Position numbers and translations under genes: made by a program | Notes under the pieces: generated by a model | What the model saw: only the letters and a program-made list of their open reading frames with translations | Told to the model about the DNA's origin: nothing | The model's database searches: none | Shown here: positions 28,772-38,903 of the stretch, piece after piece | How the letters are laid out: each line of letters starts with the position of its first letter | Position numbering within the stretch: position 1 is the first letter of the stretch | From: Candidatus Thorarchaeota archaeon | Lineage (GTDB): Archaea > Asgardarchaeota > Thorarchaeia > Thorarchaeales > Thorarchaeaceae | Length of the DNA stretch: 64,000 nt | Direction of reading: 5' to 3' | Assembly (NCBI GenBank): GCA_004524445.1 | Contig: SDNP01000013.1 | Span: 1 to 64,000, forward strand

Positions 28772-29710
28772 CTATCCGAAAGTAGTTCGCAATACTGTCG
28801 CAGCTCCACGTCCTTCAAGTGCAGCCGCGATTTTGTCACCAGCAGGCTTGTCTGGTGGAAGTGAAATCATATTTCCGCCTCTGCCTGTACCCGTTAGTTT
28901 TGCACCCAAGGCCCCATTGGATAAAGCAATGTCAACAAAATTGTCGAGCTCTTTACATGAAACTGTTAGTTCCTGTAGTAGTTCGTGATTTCTACTCATT
29001 AGTTCGCCAACTCTCTTGAGGTCGTGCTGCTTTAGAGCCTCCAAACCATCTTGAACGAGTGATTTGTACTCATCAGCGATATTATCAAACCACTCAGGAT
29101 TCTCTTCTCTCTTTCGACGCACATCTCCGACCACTTCTGTCGTACTTGCAGTGCGACCGGTGGATGCGATAACAAGGCTCACAGGGTCATCTAACTCAAT
29201 TCTTTTGAAAGTTGGTGACCCGCCATCAAGATTTCTCTCATACCATACAAGTCCGCCATACGTGGATGCAGTGTTGTCAATTCCCGAGGGAGTTCCATGA
29301 TACCCTTTCTCCCCCTCATAAGCTGCTTCGTTTATTTTTTCATCATCTAAACCAAGGTCAAATTCATCATTCAGGGCGCGTGCAATGGCTACACAGCTTG
29401 CGGCGCTTGCGCCAATGCCCGACGCACAAATCAAATTTCCTCCAAGCTCGATGTGTATGCCTTGTTCCGAAATATCTAGTCCAACATGGTCAATGATGTT
29501 GTTTATCGAAATTTTCTGTTCATCAAGCTTCTTTTCCTTGTATCCTGGAGTAGCTGGTCTATCATCATCCAGACTCCATCCAGGCTTATCTTTTCTCGTG
29601 ACTTTCGCCACTGTTTCTGAATCTATACCTGCAGCTAATGCGGGCAAACCATATACAACAAAATGTTCACCAAAAAGGATGCTTTTTCCACGGCCTTTGC
29701 CAATTCCCAT
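28772..29710 (-). CDS. mvk: Mevalonate kinase
   Basis: KSILFGEHFVVYG, GIGASAA, HGTPSGID, GAKLTGTGRGG. Confidence 0.93.
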   Translation of the reverse strand: MGIGKGRGKSILFGEHFVVYGLPALAAGIDSETVAKVTRKDKPGWSLDDDRPATPGYKEKKLDEQKISINNIIDHVGLDISEQGIHIELGGNLICASGIGASAASCVAIARALNDEFDLGLDDEKINEAAYEGEKGYHGTPSGIDNTASTYGGLVWYERNLDGGSPTFKRIELDDPVSLVIASTGRTASTTEVVGDVRRKREENPEWFDNIADEYKSLVQDGLEALKQHDLKRVGELMSRNHELLQELTVSCKELDNFVDIALSNGALGAKLTGTGRGGNMISLPPDKPAGDKIAAALEGRGAATVLRTTFG

Positions 29711-29864
29711 GTTATCACACTCGATATATTGAGTCTGTCACTTGCCCGTAAATAATCGCCTCTTTTGAATTCTTCCTTCGACAAATCGCTAAATGTCTTT
29801 AAGGGGGCAGTGACTCATCTCTTGAGGAAAAAATATCTCATGCTATGGAGCAGGAACGTCAGAT

Positions 29865-30839
29865 ATGTCAGTTAAATTGGTGGACTTATTTTGTGGTGCA
29901 GGCGGTTTCTCAACAGGATTCGCTCAGCTGAAGCCGTCTCTGCATGTTGGCATTGATTATGACCAAATCGCCTTGGAAACCTTTTCTCGGAATCATCCTG
30001 ATGGAATAACATATCACACTGATATCAGTACGCTCCACGCCAATCATATCATCTCAATGCTTGATGGCCATCCTGACATTGTTTTGGCTTCTCCTCCATG
30101 TGAGGAGTTCAGTTTGGCGAATCCAAAGAGTGCAGAGTCTGCTATAAATCGTATCTACGGTGATGGTAGTGCACGGCTTATACTTGATGCAATTCGTCTG
30201 ATTGGCGATCTCAACCCCTCCGTTTTCATTATAGAAAATGTCGCGGCTGTTCTGAAAGGCGATGGAGCGAGTGTAATCAGGTCAGAATTAGAACGAATTG
30301 GGATGGACAGAATCCACTTCAATTTGATTAGGTGCCATCATCACGGGAACCCATCTAAACGGTTGCGGGTCTTCATCAGTAATAGAAAAATCCGGCTATC
30401 CAAAACAATTCCCTCCAGAGTTATAGATGTAATCGGTGATCTCCCTCCACTTGATGTGACTACCATTCTCTCACCACATAGGCATATGCCTAACCACGAC
30501 TATGTTCCTGTGAGCAAAGACAAACTAAAACGGATTCGACGGACACGTTGGGGCTTTGGAGCAAGACATGTACGTGTATCAAGGAGGCGCACCCTGAAGG
30601 ATTGGGTTCGTCTTCATCCCAAGCAGGTGTCCACATCAATAATTGGAAAGTCTAGATACATCCACCCCTATGAAAATCGACTACTAACAGTGAGAGAGCA
30701 TGCTCGATTGATGTCCTATCCCGATGAATATATTTTCAAAGGACATACCGATAGTCAGTTCGACCAAGTTGGAGAAAGTGTTCCCCCAGTAGTTTCACAG
30801 AAGATTGCAGAGGAGGTAATGAGACAAATTGACAAATAA
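29865..30839 (+). CDS. C5-cytosine methyltransferase (orphan)
   Basis: DLFCGAGG, SPPC, ENV, LTVREHARL, GESVPP. Confidence 0.9.
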   Translation: MSVKLVDLFCGAGGFSTGFAQLKPSLHVGIDYDQIALETFSRNHPDGITYHTDISTLHANHIISMLDGHPDIVLASPPCEEFSLANPKSAESAINRIYGDGSARLILDAIRLIGDLNPSVFIIENVAAVLKGDGASVIRSELERIGMDRIHFNLIRCHHHGNPSKRLRVFISNRKIRLSKTIPSRVIDVIGDLPPLDVTTILSPHRHMPNHDYVPVSKDKLKRIRRTRWGFGARHVRVSRRRTLKDWVRLHPKQVSTSIIGKSRYIHPYENRLLTVREHARLMSYPDEYIFKGHTDSQFDQVGESVPPVVSQKIAEEVMRQIDK

Positions 30840-31296
30840 TTATGATAACGTGTTTGTAGTATTGCATAACGTGCATGCGGTATCGAAGGTAATAGAGACC
30901 GCCCAAGTTGTCTATGGACTTGGATTCAAAAATTTTGTAGTATCTCGTGCTGCCGGTTCCGCGGCTCAGACAGGCGTCCCTGACGCAAATCGTTTAGCCC
31001 TGAAAATGAAACGTAACTTTATGGTTCTCCCTGACTTAGTTGATGTAAAGGAACTACTAGATATTGAACAGCCTGTTATCATTCCATCCCCTGTACTTAC
31101 CAAGGAGCGGCTCGACCTAGATACCGTTAGTAAAGACATCAAATCAGGGGAACGCATTGTTATTGTGGTATCAGGAAGCAATAGTTCGTTCTCCAGAAAG
31201 GAAATGGATATGGGTATCTGTCGTAGTTTACATGCTGATGTTGATATTGGGCCTGCGGGAACAATTGCAGTAATTCTGTATCACAGCTTAATCTGA
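30829..31296 (+). CDS. DUF2122/COG4080 SPOUT-like protein
   Basis: VVLHN...GSAAQTGVP...FSRKE...IGPAG. Confidence 0.7.
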   Translation: MTNNYDNVFVVLHNVHAVSKVIETAQVVYGLGFKNFVVSRAAGSAAQTGVPDANRLALKMKRNFMVLPDLVDVKELLDIEQPVIIPSPVLTKERLDLDTVSKDIKSGERIVIVVSGSNSSFSRKEMDMGICRSLHADVDIGPAGTIAVILYHSLI

Positions 31297-31301
31297 AGGT
31301 G

Positions 31302-32585
31302 TCAGAGAATATCTGGTATGAGTGCTCTTGACCCTCTTAATTTTGCCAACAGCAAAGCCTTGAGTGCTTTCCTCTTGGAAGGCACCATGTCCAATGGACT
31401 CACTCCCATTAGTTTGCATAATGCGGTGGTGGTGGCTGCAAGTCGATTACATGTGGGGCTAACAAATACATTCTCCCTTCCCAATTTGTTCTCAAGAAAC
31501 TGTTGTGTTTCTTTGATTGCACAATCGCCAGCAATCAATACTTGCTCATCAATGGACTCGAGCTCCTTCTTGTCAAATCCCTTGCCCATGACAATCGAGA
31601 AACCGCCCTTCCCATCATAGTCATAGTAGAGCAACTGGAGCAGCATTCTGACATTAAGGTCACATCCCTCTGCACATAGCTTCTCTCTGCCCCGAATAAT
31701 TCTCACATCCTCGGGCATCTGGTCCAGGATATCACAGGGATATTTCTTGTTGAAACGTTCAAGATTACCAATGACTTCGATCTCATCGAGTTTTCCTTCG
31801 CCCAAGCCATCTTCATAAACAAGTTTCAGATGTTTGACTTCCTCCAGATCATAACCCAGTATTCTGGATGCAACCACATCCGTTGCCAAGGTATCACGTC
31901 CGGCCACCAAGATACCAAGTTCCTCGATTGATTCACTCACAAACGTCTGCAAGGGATAATGACCATTAAACACAACATGTGTACCGTCAATCAGAGTATA
32001 ATCCGGCTGTACAAGTCTATAGAAATCAGCAAGTCTCCTGTGGAGATTATAGTTATGATGATATCCGCGATCCTTGTGACGTGGAAAGCCCATTTGGTTC
32101 TTCACACCAAGTGTCACGGTCGTCATTGAATGGGTCTTGAGTTTTGGTACTGATATGTAGGTATGATCCTCAGATTCCTCAATCAGTTTTTCAACAACAA
32201 CCGTGGGAAACTCAATAGGGTCTTCAAAATTATCCAGTGTTACTTCTTTTGTATCCATCTCATCCAAATAGAGTGGGTTTGCCCCTGTCCTGTTACAGAC
32301 ATCCTTGTAGCCTGTGAACTCATACACAATTCTGGTCATATTAGCTTGTGTCGAGTTTTCCATGAGGTAGATCTCTTCTGCCCCCTCCTCCTTCAGATGA
32401 TTGATTAGAAACTCGAGAACTCTGGGATCCGTAAATGCATAGGGCTGAAAATCTATGCCATTGGGCTTGATATATACCTCACCAGAGGATTTAATCAATC
32501 TGCGTGCTTCGATGGTGTCTTTGAATGCCTTAGCTATGGCTGCTTGAAGACTCTCTCCGATGTCTACTATTGTCACACGCGTCAT
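31302..32585 (-). CDS. DUF362 domain Fe-S protein
   Basis: IKPN, TDP, PKLKTH, TLGVKN, C-terminal Cys residues. Confidence 0.88.
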   Translation of the reverse strand: MTRVTIVDIGESLQAAIAKAFKDTIEARRLIKSSGEVYIKPNGIDFQPYAFTDPRVLEFLINHLKEEGAEEIYLMENSTQANMTRIVYEFTGYKDVCNRTGANPLYLDEMDTKEVTLDNFEDPIEFPTVVVEKLIEESEDHTYISVPKLKTHSMTTVTLGVKNQMGFPRHKDRGYHHNYNLHRRLADFYRLVQPDYTLIDGTHVVFNGHYPLQTFVSESIEELGILVAGRDTLATDVVASRILGYDLEEVKHLKLVYEDGLGEGKLDEIEVIGNLERFNKKYPCDILDQMPEDVRIIRGREKLCAEGCDLNVRMLLQLLYYDYDGKGGFSIVMGKGFDKKELESIDEQVLIAGDCAIKETQQFLENKLGRENVFVSPTCNRLAATTTALCKLMGVSPLDMVPSKRKALKALLLAKLRGSRALIPDIL

Positions 32586-32625
32586 GTATATTCAGTTTCT
32601 AAATGGTATCACGAGATGAAAAAGA

Positions 32626-32702
32626 TGGTGGGCCGGAGGCGATTTGAACGCCCGATCCCTTGGATCCGAACCAAGAATCATACCAAGCTAGACCACCGAC
32701 CC
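32626..32702 (-). tRNA. tRNA-Pro(CGG), intronless
   Basis: GGGTCGG/CCGGCCC acceptor, CTTGG-TTCGGAT-CCAAG, TTCAAAT T-loop, encoded CCA. Confidence 0.93.
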
Positions 32703-32745
32703 TTTGTTGAACCCAATCGATTTAACTAAGGATTTAATGATTTCG

Positions 32746-33588
32746 TTAAAGAAATGCCTCCGATAATCGGGTCTGAAGGTGCTCAACCGAACCAAGATTG
32801 ATACCATTGTTGCTATACGCAGTGGCAGACAGCAGATTACTACAGTTATTCTCGAAGATGGGTCCAAGGAACCGAGCATCAGGGCGATTAATCTGAATTC
32901 CTATGACAAGTTCGTTGAAACTAGGTAGCGTTACCATTGTTTGAAATCCCTTTTTATCGGACTTGGGCAGACCCGCGTTTCTTCTAACGCATTCCCTATC
33001 CAACTTTGACTTCACAAATACAGGAATTGACTTTGCAGATCGAAGTTTATCTCTTCTTCCAAGGTTAGGGGTGGAAACCACCTTGATTCGTTTGATTGAT
33101 GGATGATTATGACCCACAAGCATAAGCTTGCAGTTGAGAAGATCTGATGCAGGCCAAGCATGTCCATGAAGTAGAGCAATCTGCTCTTCTGATGTTTCAT
33201 GAATAACACCTCGTATACTTGACGATTCCACGCCCCGCGGCAGCAAGTTCTTCAAATCACCGTCGTGGTTTCCAGGAACTATGGTAAGACTGGCTAGTTG
33301 TGCCAATCTAGCGATGAACTGCGGAATGATACTCCAGTTGTAGTGCTTGTCTGGTGAAATCGTATGCTTAATATCACCAAGGAGATACAAGTCAGTCACA
33401 TCATAGGCATAGACTAGCTTTTCTATCCGCTCAATCATCGCCGCATTTTGTGGAGGAAAGCTGACATTGGTCTTTTCCGACAGCGCAACCTCGTAGCCGA
33501 GATGAATATCAGCAATGACTAAAGCCGTAGCTTCTTCTGAGCTAATTAACATGGCTCGGTCATCAAACAAGATATTCATTATACCCAA
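32746..33588 (-). CDS. Calcineurin-like metallophosphoesterase
   Basis: ADIHLG, GDIKH, GNHD, HGH, GHNHP, LPSFN. Confidence 0.9.
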   Translation of the reverse strand: MGIMNILFDDRAMLISSEEATALVIADIHLGYEVALSEKTNVSFPPQNAAMIERIEKLVYAYDVTDLYLLGDIKHTISPDKHYNWSIIPQFIARLAQLASLTIVPGNHDGDLKNLLPRGVESSSIRGVIHETSEEQIALLHGHAWPASDLLNCKLMLVGHNHPSIKRIKVVSTPNLGRRDKLRSAKSIPVFVKSKLDRECVRRNAGLPKSDKKGFQTMVTLPSFNELVIGIQINRPDARFLGPIFENNCSNLLSATAYSNNGINLGSVEHLQTRLSEAFL

Positions 33589-33642
33589 TTTCCTCTTTTC
33601 CAGATAGTTTTAAACCGCTTCTTTGTCAGTTTGTGTATATCA

Positions 33643-34029
33643 ATGATACTCTCTCCGTACGAAGAAAAACGGATTGGTAGGACCACACTCTCTCAGAGTG
33701 ATATTCAGTATTTTCGCAACCGTTATGGCAAGCGATTCATTCGTGCCTTGCGTGCTGTAGAAGAGGATAAAGTAGTACAGTATCATTTTTTTCCGAGCGA
33801 TTCTATCACATGGATTGTAAAGGGCAGTGCGCGACAATACTTGGTCATTCCAGATACCTATTGTACCTGTAGGAGCTTCTATCAAGATGTTGTTATTGCG
33901 GGCGCTTACAAGTTCTGTTACCATTTACTTGCACAATCGATAGCGGAAATCAGAAACCAATTCACCGCTAGAAAATCCAATGATGCTGAACGTCGAATCT
34001 TGTATGACAAATGGCGACGGACTGACTGA
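33643..34029 (+). CDS. SWIM zinc-finger protein
   Basis: YCTCRSF...CYHLLA. Confidence 0.8.
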   Translation: MILSPYEEKRIGRTTLSQSDIQYFRNRYGKRFIRALRAVEEDKVVQYHFFPSDSITWIVKGSARQYLVIPDTYCTCRSFYQDVVIAGAYKFCYHLLAQSIAEIRNQFTARKSNDAERRILYDKWRRTD

Positions 34030-34117
34030 CATGGTGTACTCTTTTTGTTCTGAAGATACATTTAAAACTCGCTTCAAAATTTACACGCTGACTGAGCAGG
34101 AAGGTCGCGACTAGCCA

Positions 34118-35212
34118 ATGATTAATCGTAAGAGAATTCCTAAACTACTCGCTGTGGCAATCACTCTAATGATATTCATATCCGGAGTCCAGTGTTCAGC
34201 AAAGGCTCAAGACACCGAGCTAGACCCCATTGTAGTGATGTACGAAGCCAGCCATGCTCCACAATTTTCTGCAGATAATGCTGAAGACGGGCTCAAATTA
34301 ATGTTGGATATGGTCAACGAGTCAACACGCTACCTTCTGCGGGTTAATCATGAACCCCTCAATGATACAATTCTTGAGGATGTTGATATTCTAATAATAG
34401 CGGAGCCCGATGAGAGTGCTGAGTTTGAACATGAAGAAATTCTTGCCATTGATGAGCTCTTAACTAATGGCAGTTCCCTTTTTATTTTAGGTGACCCCAG
34501 CATCGACCAAAACTCGGCATACTGGAGCAATCAGCAATTTAGAGATTTAGGTGAAAATGTTGCCATCAATACATTTCTAGATCAGATGAACATTACAACA
34601 GTAAGATTTGGTCTTAATGAATCAGCAACTGGTCGAATTTTTGGTGACACCATGTTTGATTACGAGCATTCGTTGAATTCATCGTATCCTTCAATTATTC
34701 AATTCGATTCCACTACGTGGGATACAAGCCACCCGATTTTCAAGGATATTAATACAGTAATATCCATGACGGCAACTCTCAAACCTATTGACCTGGTGAG
34801 TGGAATTGCCCATGGGTATGAGACCTCTTTTGCACAATACCGGCGTGGGCCAAACACATTCGGGAACCTTACGTTTCCCAATATGACTTTGGAAGAATTT
34901 CAAGAAGCTCCGAAATCATATTCCGCCATAAACGGGACATTCCCTCCATGGCTCTCTGCCTTTCGATATGGCAATAGCAGAATTGTTGTGGGAGGCTCCG
35001 CATTGATGTTTACGGGACGTAATCTCGACTTGCCGGAGAGTGAAGAAAAGTGGTTCTATCAGGGAGATAATTCTAGGTTATTCATGAACATTATGAGCTG
35101 GCTTTCATATGACTTTGTCAACCCTGAAAGTCCAATTCTTCCTATGTTGATTATCTCATCAGTAATCTTATTGATTGGGGTAGCATACTACCTCTTCAAG
35201 AAACTGAGATAG
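34118..35212 (+). CDS. Type I membrane protein with GldG/DUF4350/Wbp1(OST48)-like extracytoplasmic domain
   Basis: Signal peptide, YEASH, DILIIAEP...F...E..AI.E.L.NGSSLFILGD, DNSRLFMNIMSWL, C-terminal TM ending KKLR. Confidence 0.65.
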   Translation: MINRKRIPKLLAVAITLMIFISGVQCSAKAQDTELDPIVVMYEASHAPQFSADNAEDGLKLMLDMVNESTRYLLRVNHEPLNDTILEDVDILIIAEPDESAEFEHEEILAIDELLTNGSSLFILGDPSIDQNSAYWSNQQFRDLGENVAINTFLDQMNITTVRFGLNESATGRIFGDTMFDYEHSLNSSYPSIIQFDSTTWDTSHPIFKDINTVISMTATLKPIDLVSGIAHGYETSFAQYRRGPNTFGNLTFPNMTLEEFQEAPKSYSAINGTFPPWLSAFRYGNSRIVVGGSALMFTGRNLDLPESEEKWFYQGDNSRLFMNIMSWLSYDFVNPESPILPMLIISSVILLIGVAYYLFKKLR

Positions 35213-35216
35213 ATAC

Positions 35217-35837
35217 TCACCATTTGGGCAGTTTGAAATCCTGTTCTTGCAGGCTCTCTTGAATTGCTCGTTTCAGCTCTCCCACTCCTTCCTTTTTGCG
35301 AGCTGACATTGCTACAATATGTGGCATTTGCGTTGGAACTGCCTCATGCAACTTGTGGTACAAGAACGCAATTTCTTCATCTCGTCGTCTATGACTCACT
35401 TTGTCAATCTTGTTTGCGGCCACAATTACCTTCGGTGATATCTCCGAGAGAAAAGAATAGAATTCTATGTCTATCGGTATTTCTCCTCTCTCTTCCCAAC
35501 GCTCTACCAGTTCTCTGAAAATTGAAATATCTATAATCAATACGCACAGAGCAATTTGGTCGCTTCGCTTTTCAAGGTTTCTTACAATCCGGGTCTTGGT
35601 GTGATCAATGCGTCTCCTACTTTGGCCCGACATATGCCCAAAACCTGGAATATCGATAAAAAGCACATTACCCAAGTCTATGATTTGCTCGGTTCGAGTA
35701 CTACCAGGTTTTTTTCCGACTCGAATCCGAAGTCCTGTTAAAGCCCTAATTACGCTGCTTTTCCCAACGTTACTTCGGCCTGCAAAAATGACAAGCGGTT
35801 TTCCGGATTCAATCCCAGAAGGGTCGTGTACGCTCAT
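35217..35837 (-). CDS. engB: GTP-binding protein EngB/YsxC
   Basis: GRSNVGKSS, GKKPGST, DIPGFG, NKID. Confidence 0.9.
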   Translation of the reverse strand: MSVHDPSGIESGKPLVIFAGRSNVGKSSVIRALTGLRIRVGKKPGSTRTEQIIDLGNVLFIDIPGFGHMSGQSRRRIDHTKTRIVRNLEKRSDQIALCVLIIDISIFRELVERWEERGEIPIDIEFYSFLSEISPKVIVAANKIDKVSHRRRDEEIAFLYHKLHEAVPTQMPHIVAMSARKKEGVGELKRAIQESLQEQDFKLPKW

Positions 35838-38649
35838 ATTCTTGCTCCGCCTTTGCTATCGAATGCAACAGTGTAAGCCTATCGGTTTGCCCCGGTCTTA
35901 GAACTCTTGATGCAGTTGTCGGACCAATCCCTCTTCCTGCCAATGCCAATAACGCCTTTTTTCCATATTGTGCAACAAGACTCGCGGTAAGTGATGCATT
36001 TTCATATCTCTTTTTCTCCTCACCTGATAACATTTCTCCAGCCTTGACTTTTCGCAATATTGTAGGCAAATTTTTGACCCTCTCTCTGACGGCAGCAATC
36101 ATCCTTGAATTACAGATTGGACAGGTGATCTCATCATCAAGCGTAGATATAGTCCGTACAGAATTCCAGTCATTCTTCGCCATGCAGATCAGTCTAAATT
36201 TTCTAGACAATAATCGCTCTTCCAAGAAACGTAAGACCTCATCTTCATCACTTATCTCCCCCATAACCTCAAAGCGTGTCTTCTCCTCAATGATGAGTCG
36301 GGCAAGCAAGGAGGGTTGTTTCCGTTTAGAAATTACCGTTTGAATCTCTCCCGTGTCGATTTTTTCGAAAACCTCGAGCATACGATTCTCATCAAGCTTC
36401 TCTCTAAGTATTTCCTTCATGGCTTCATCGAAGACTGGTGACGACTCAAAGACATCGATTAGCCGTCTAGATGGTATTTCCTTAAATTTGGCAGTCCTTC
36501 GAATAATTCCCATTCTTCTTCCTACATGAATGAAACGTGACGCAAATGTTTGTGTCTGCCTTACTGCTAATCTCAAAATGGTGGAAATTTGGGCACCTTG
36601 ATAGCTACTAAAGACATCTAGTAAATACTGGGCATCAATTCCGCCGCTGGCGGTGAGAAGGATTCTATAGGGGTCAGTTTCCACAGCCACCTCCTTTCCC
36701 AACCTAGTTGTGAGTAATGCCGCTAGAACAACTCCAATTGTGTCATTTGTTTTCGTTCCGAAAGGGGCGTGAAATACAATCCCGTCCGGGATAGTTTCGA
36801 TTATGAGGTGAGTTTCTGTAGGTATCGAACCTAGTTGTTCCTTCGCAGTTGTGACACTCTCAACGAGATAATTTGATGACGTTTCATTCATCATATAATT
36901 TGTTTCCAACCAACTTGATGCTTCATATGATAAATCCCCAAGACGTTCCCAAACATCGGCCACTTCAGTTGCCACCTCAAATGGAACCGGTATCATTTCC
37001 CCTATCCATCTTGGTGCCTCAACCTGAGTGTCAGTCACAGGAGCACAAAGAACCTCTTCACGTTCTTCATCAATTGATACAACCCGCCAGGGCCTTCCTC
37101 TGATAACGAATATAAATCCGGTTTCTACACTCTCAGTGACAAAATCTTCATCAAGAACTCCTATTCCTGTTCTCGTGGCAATGTCTACAGCTCTGACTTG
37201 TTGCACATCGGGTATTGTACTCAGATGTTCATAGTAGTAGGGCAACGTACCACCATATCGCTTGATTAGGTCGTCTTCTATGAGAAGAAATCGACGTCTA
37301 ACCATGAAGTCCAACAATCTGTCGAGTTCTTTTTCATTAACCTCTCTGAAAGGATATGCGCCTTTTATAATCCTCAGCAATTCACTCTTGCGGATTTCTC
37401 CTGTATCCAGTAACACTCCGCTTACTTGCTGACAAAGGACATCCCAGGTCTTCTGGGGAATATCAGCGGGTTCTACCTTGTTGATTCGAGCTCGTTTCAG
37501 TATTACGGCAGACTCCGTGATATCATCCACATTCATTGTAGAAATGATTATACCTTTGGAAACTCTCCCGACCCGATGTCCCGATCTACCGATTCGTTGA
37601 ACCGCTCTAGATACTTCTCTGGGTGAAGAATACTGGATTACTAAATCCGCCAACCCAATATCTATTCCCAACTCAAGACTAGATGTCGCAATAATTGCCT
37701 TTGACACGCCTCTTTTCAGCCTATCTTCGGCACTCAATCTCACTTCTTTTGAGAGTGATCCATGATGCACATCAAACTCAAACGGTGGTGAAATCGTACG
37801 CATCTTTGCTCCCAAAACCTCTGCAAAGGAACGCGTGTTTGTAAAAACAATCGTGGTCTGGTGGCTTTCAATAAGATCCTTGATTCTTTCTAGCCTAGCG
37901 GCAGAATGTGGTGGATAGGAAATTTGCCTACCTAGTTCTATATGTTGGCTGTTAGGCTGAGGCATTTCCACCTTGAGATGTATTTGCCTCTCTTGATATC
38001 CCGCCCATAATGTATGGATTTTTTTCCCACTGCCTCTAAGAAGGAATGCTATTTCATTGGCATTTCCCACTGTAGCGGATAGTCCAACTCTTTGAATCTT
38101 ATTGCCAATCCAATGGACTAATCGTTCCAATGCAAGTGATAGTTGGGTTCCTCGCTTGCTTCCTGCCAACTCATGTATTTCATCAACAATTACTGCCATA
38201 ACTGAGCGAAGATGATATTTCATCCGTTTTCCAGGTAGAATTGCCTGAAGCGTTTCTGGTGTTGTGATGAGTAAATTTGGAGGCGTTATTGCCTGCTTGC
38301 GTCGGAAATACTGAGTAGTGTCTCCATGGCGTACGGCAACAGTGATTCCCAAGTGCTCACAGAGGTCTTCTATCCTGCGAAAGACATCCCGATTTAATGC
38401 GCGCAGCGGCGTAATATAGAGTATGTATATACCAAATAACTCATCATGTAACTTTCTTTCGTAAAGGTTACTCAGAAGTGGCAATATTGATGCCTCTGTC
38501 TTTCCACTTCCCGTGGGCGCAAGGAGCAGTGCAGAACCTCCACTACGAATCCTGGGAATCGCCTTCTCTTGAATCTCTGTTGGTTTAGTAATGCCTTCTC
38601 TAGTGAGATATTCAACTATGTCCGCATGAAGCGACTCGAATCCATTCAT
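35809..38649 (-). CDS. Lhr-family ATP-dependent helicase
   Basis: APTGSGKT, TPLRALNRD, DEIHE, HHGSLS, QRIGRSGH, C-terminal Zn finger/HhH. Confidence 0.92.
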   Translation of the reverse strand: MNGFESLHADIVEYLTREGITKPTEIQEKAIPRIRSGGSALLLAPTGSGKTEASILPLLSNLYERKLHDELFGIYILYITPLRALNRDVFRRIEDLCEHLGITVAVRHGDTTQYFRRKQAITPPNLLITTPETLQAILPGKRMKYHLRSVMAVIVDEIHELAGSKRGTQLSLALERLVHWIGNKIQRVGLSATVGNANEIAFLLRGSGKKIHTLWAGYQERQIHLKVEMPQPNSQHIELGRQISYPPHSAARLERIKDLIESHQTTIVFTNTRSFAEVLGAKMRTISPPFEFDVHHGSLSKEVRLSAEDRLKRGVSKAIIATSSLELGIDIGLADLVIQYSSPREVSRAVQRIGRSGHRVGRVSKGIIISTMNVDDITESAVILKRARINKVEPADIPQKTWDVLCQQVSGVLLDTGEIRKSELLRIIKGAYPFREVNEKELDRLLDFMVRRRFLLIEDDLIKRYGGTLPYYYEHLSTIPDVQQVRAVDIATRTGIGVLDEDFVTESVETGFIFVIRGRPWRVVSIDEEREEVLCAPVTDTQVEAPRWIGEMIPVPFEVATEVADVWERLGDLSYEASSWLETNYMMNETSSNYLVESVTTAKEQLGSIPTETHLIIETIPDGIVFHAPFGTKTNDTIGVVLAALLTTRLGKEVAVETDPYRILLTASGGIDAQYLLDVFSSYQGAQISTILRLAVRQTQTFASRFIHVGRRMGIIRRTAKFKEIPSRRLIDVFESSPVFDEAMKEILREKLDENRMLEVFEKIDTGEIQTVISKRKQPSLLARLIIEEKTRFEVMGEISDEDEVLRFLEERLLSRKFRLICMAKNDWNSVRTISTLDDEITCPICNSRMIAAVRERVKNLPTILRKVKAGEMLSGEEKKRYENASLTASLVAQYGKKALLALAGRGIGPTTASRVLRPGQTDRLTLLHSIAKAEQEYERTRPFWD

Positions 38650-38903
38650 TTTTTCTTCTGTCCAGCGACGAGATGTCTTCTTTCATTGAGCAAAATATTG
38701 ATATCAGTTCGGATGGTAGCATCAGCATCTTTTGAAATTTTACTCAACTCACTACGGATTCGTCAATGGGCCGTCAATCGATTTTCAGCTTATTTACTAT
38801 GATTTTTACTTGATGAAGATTAGAAATATGAGATACTATGTTCTCGTAGGCTAATTGGAGTAATTCATTAGTTTTGATGGGTTCTCCATCCTTTTCAACT
38901 ACT

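Noticed and set aside
38646-38900. Broken minus-strand frames upstream of lhr
   Set aside because: Interrupted by stops and not recognisable; cannot support a gene or recoding.
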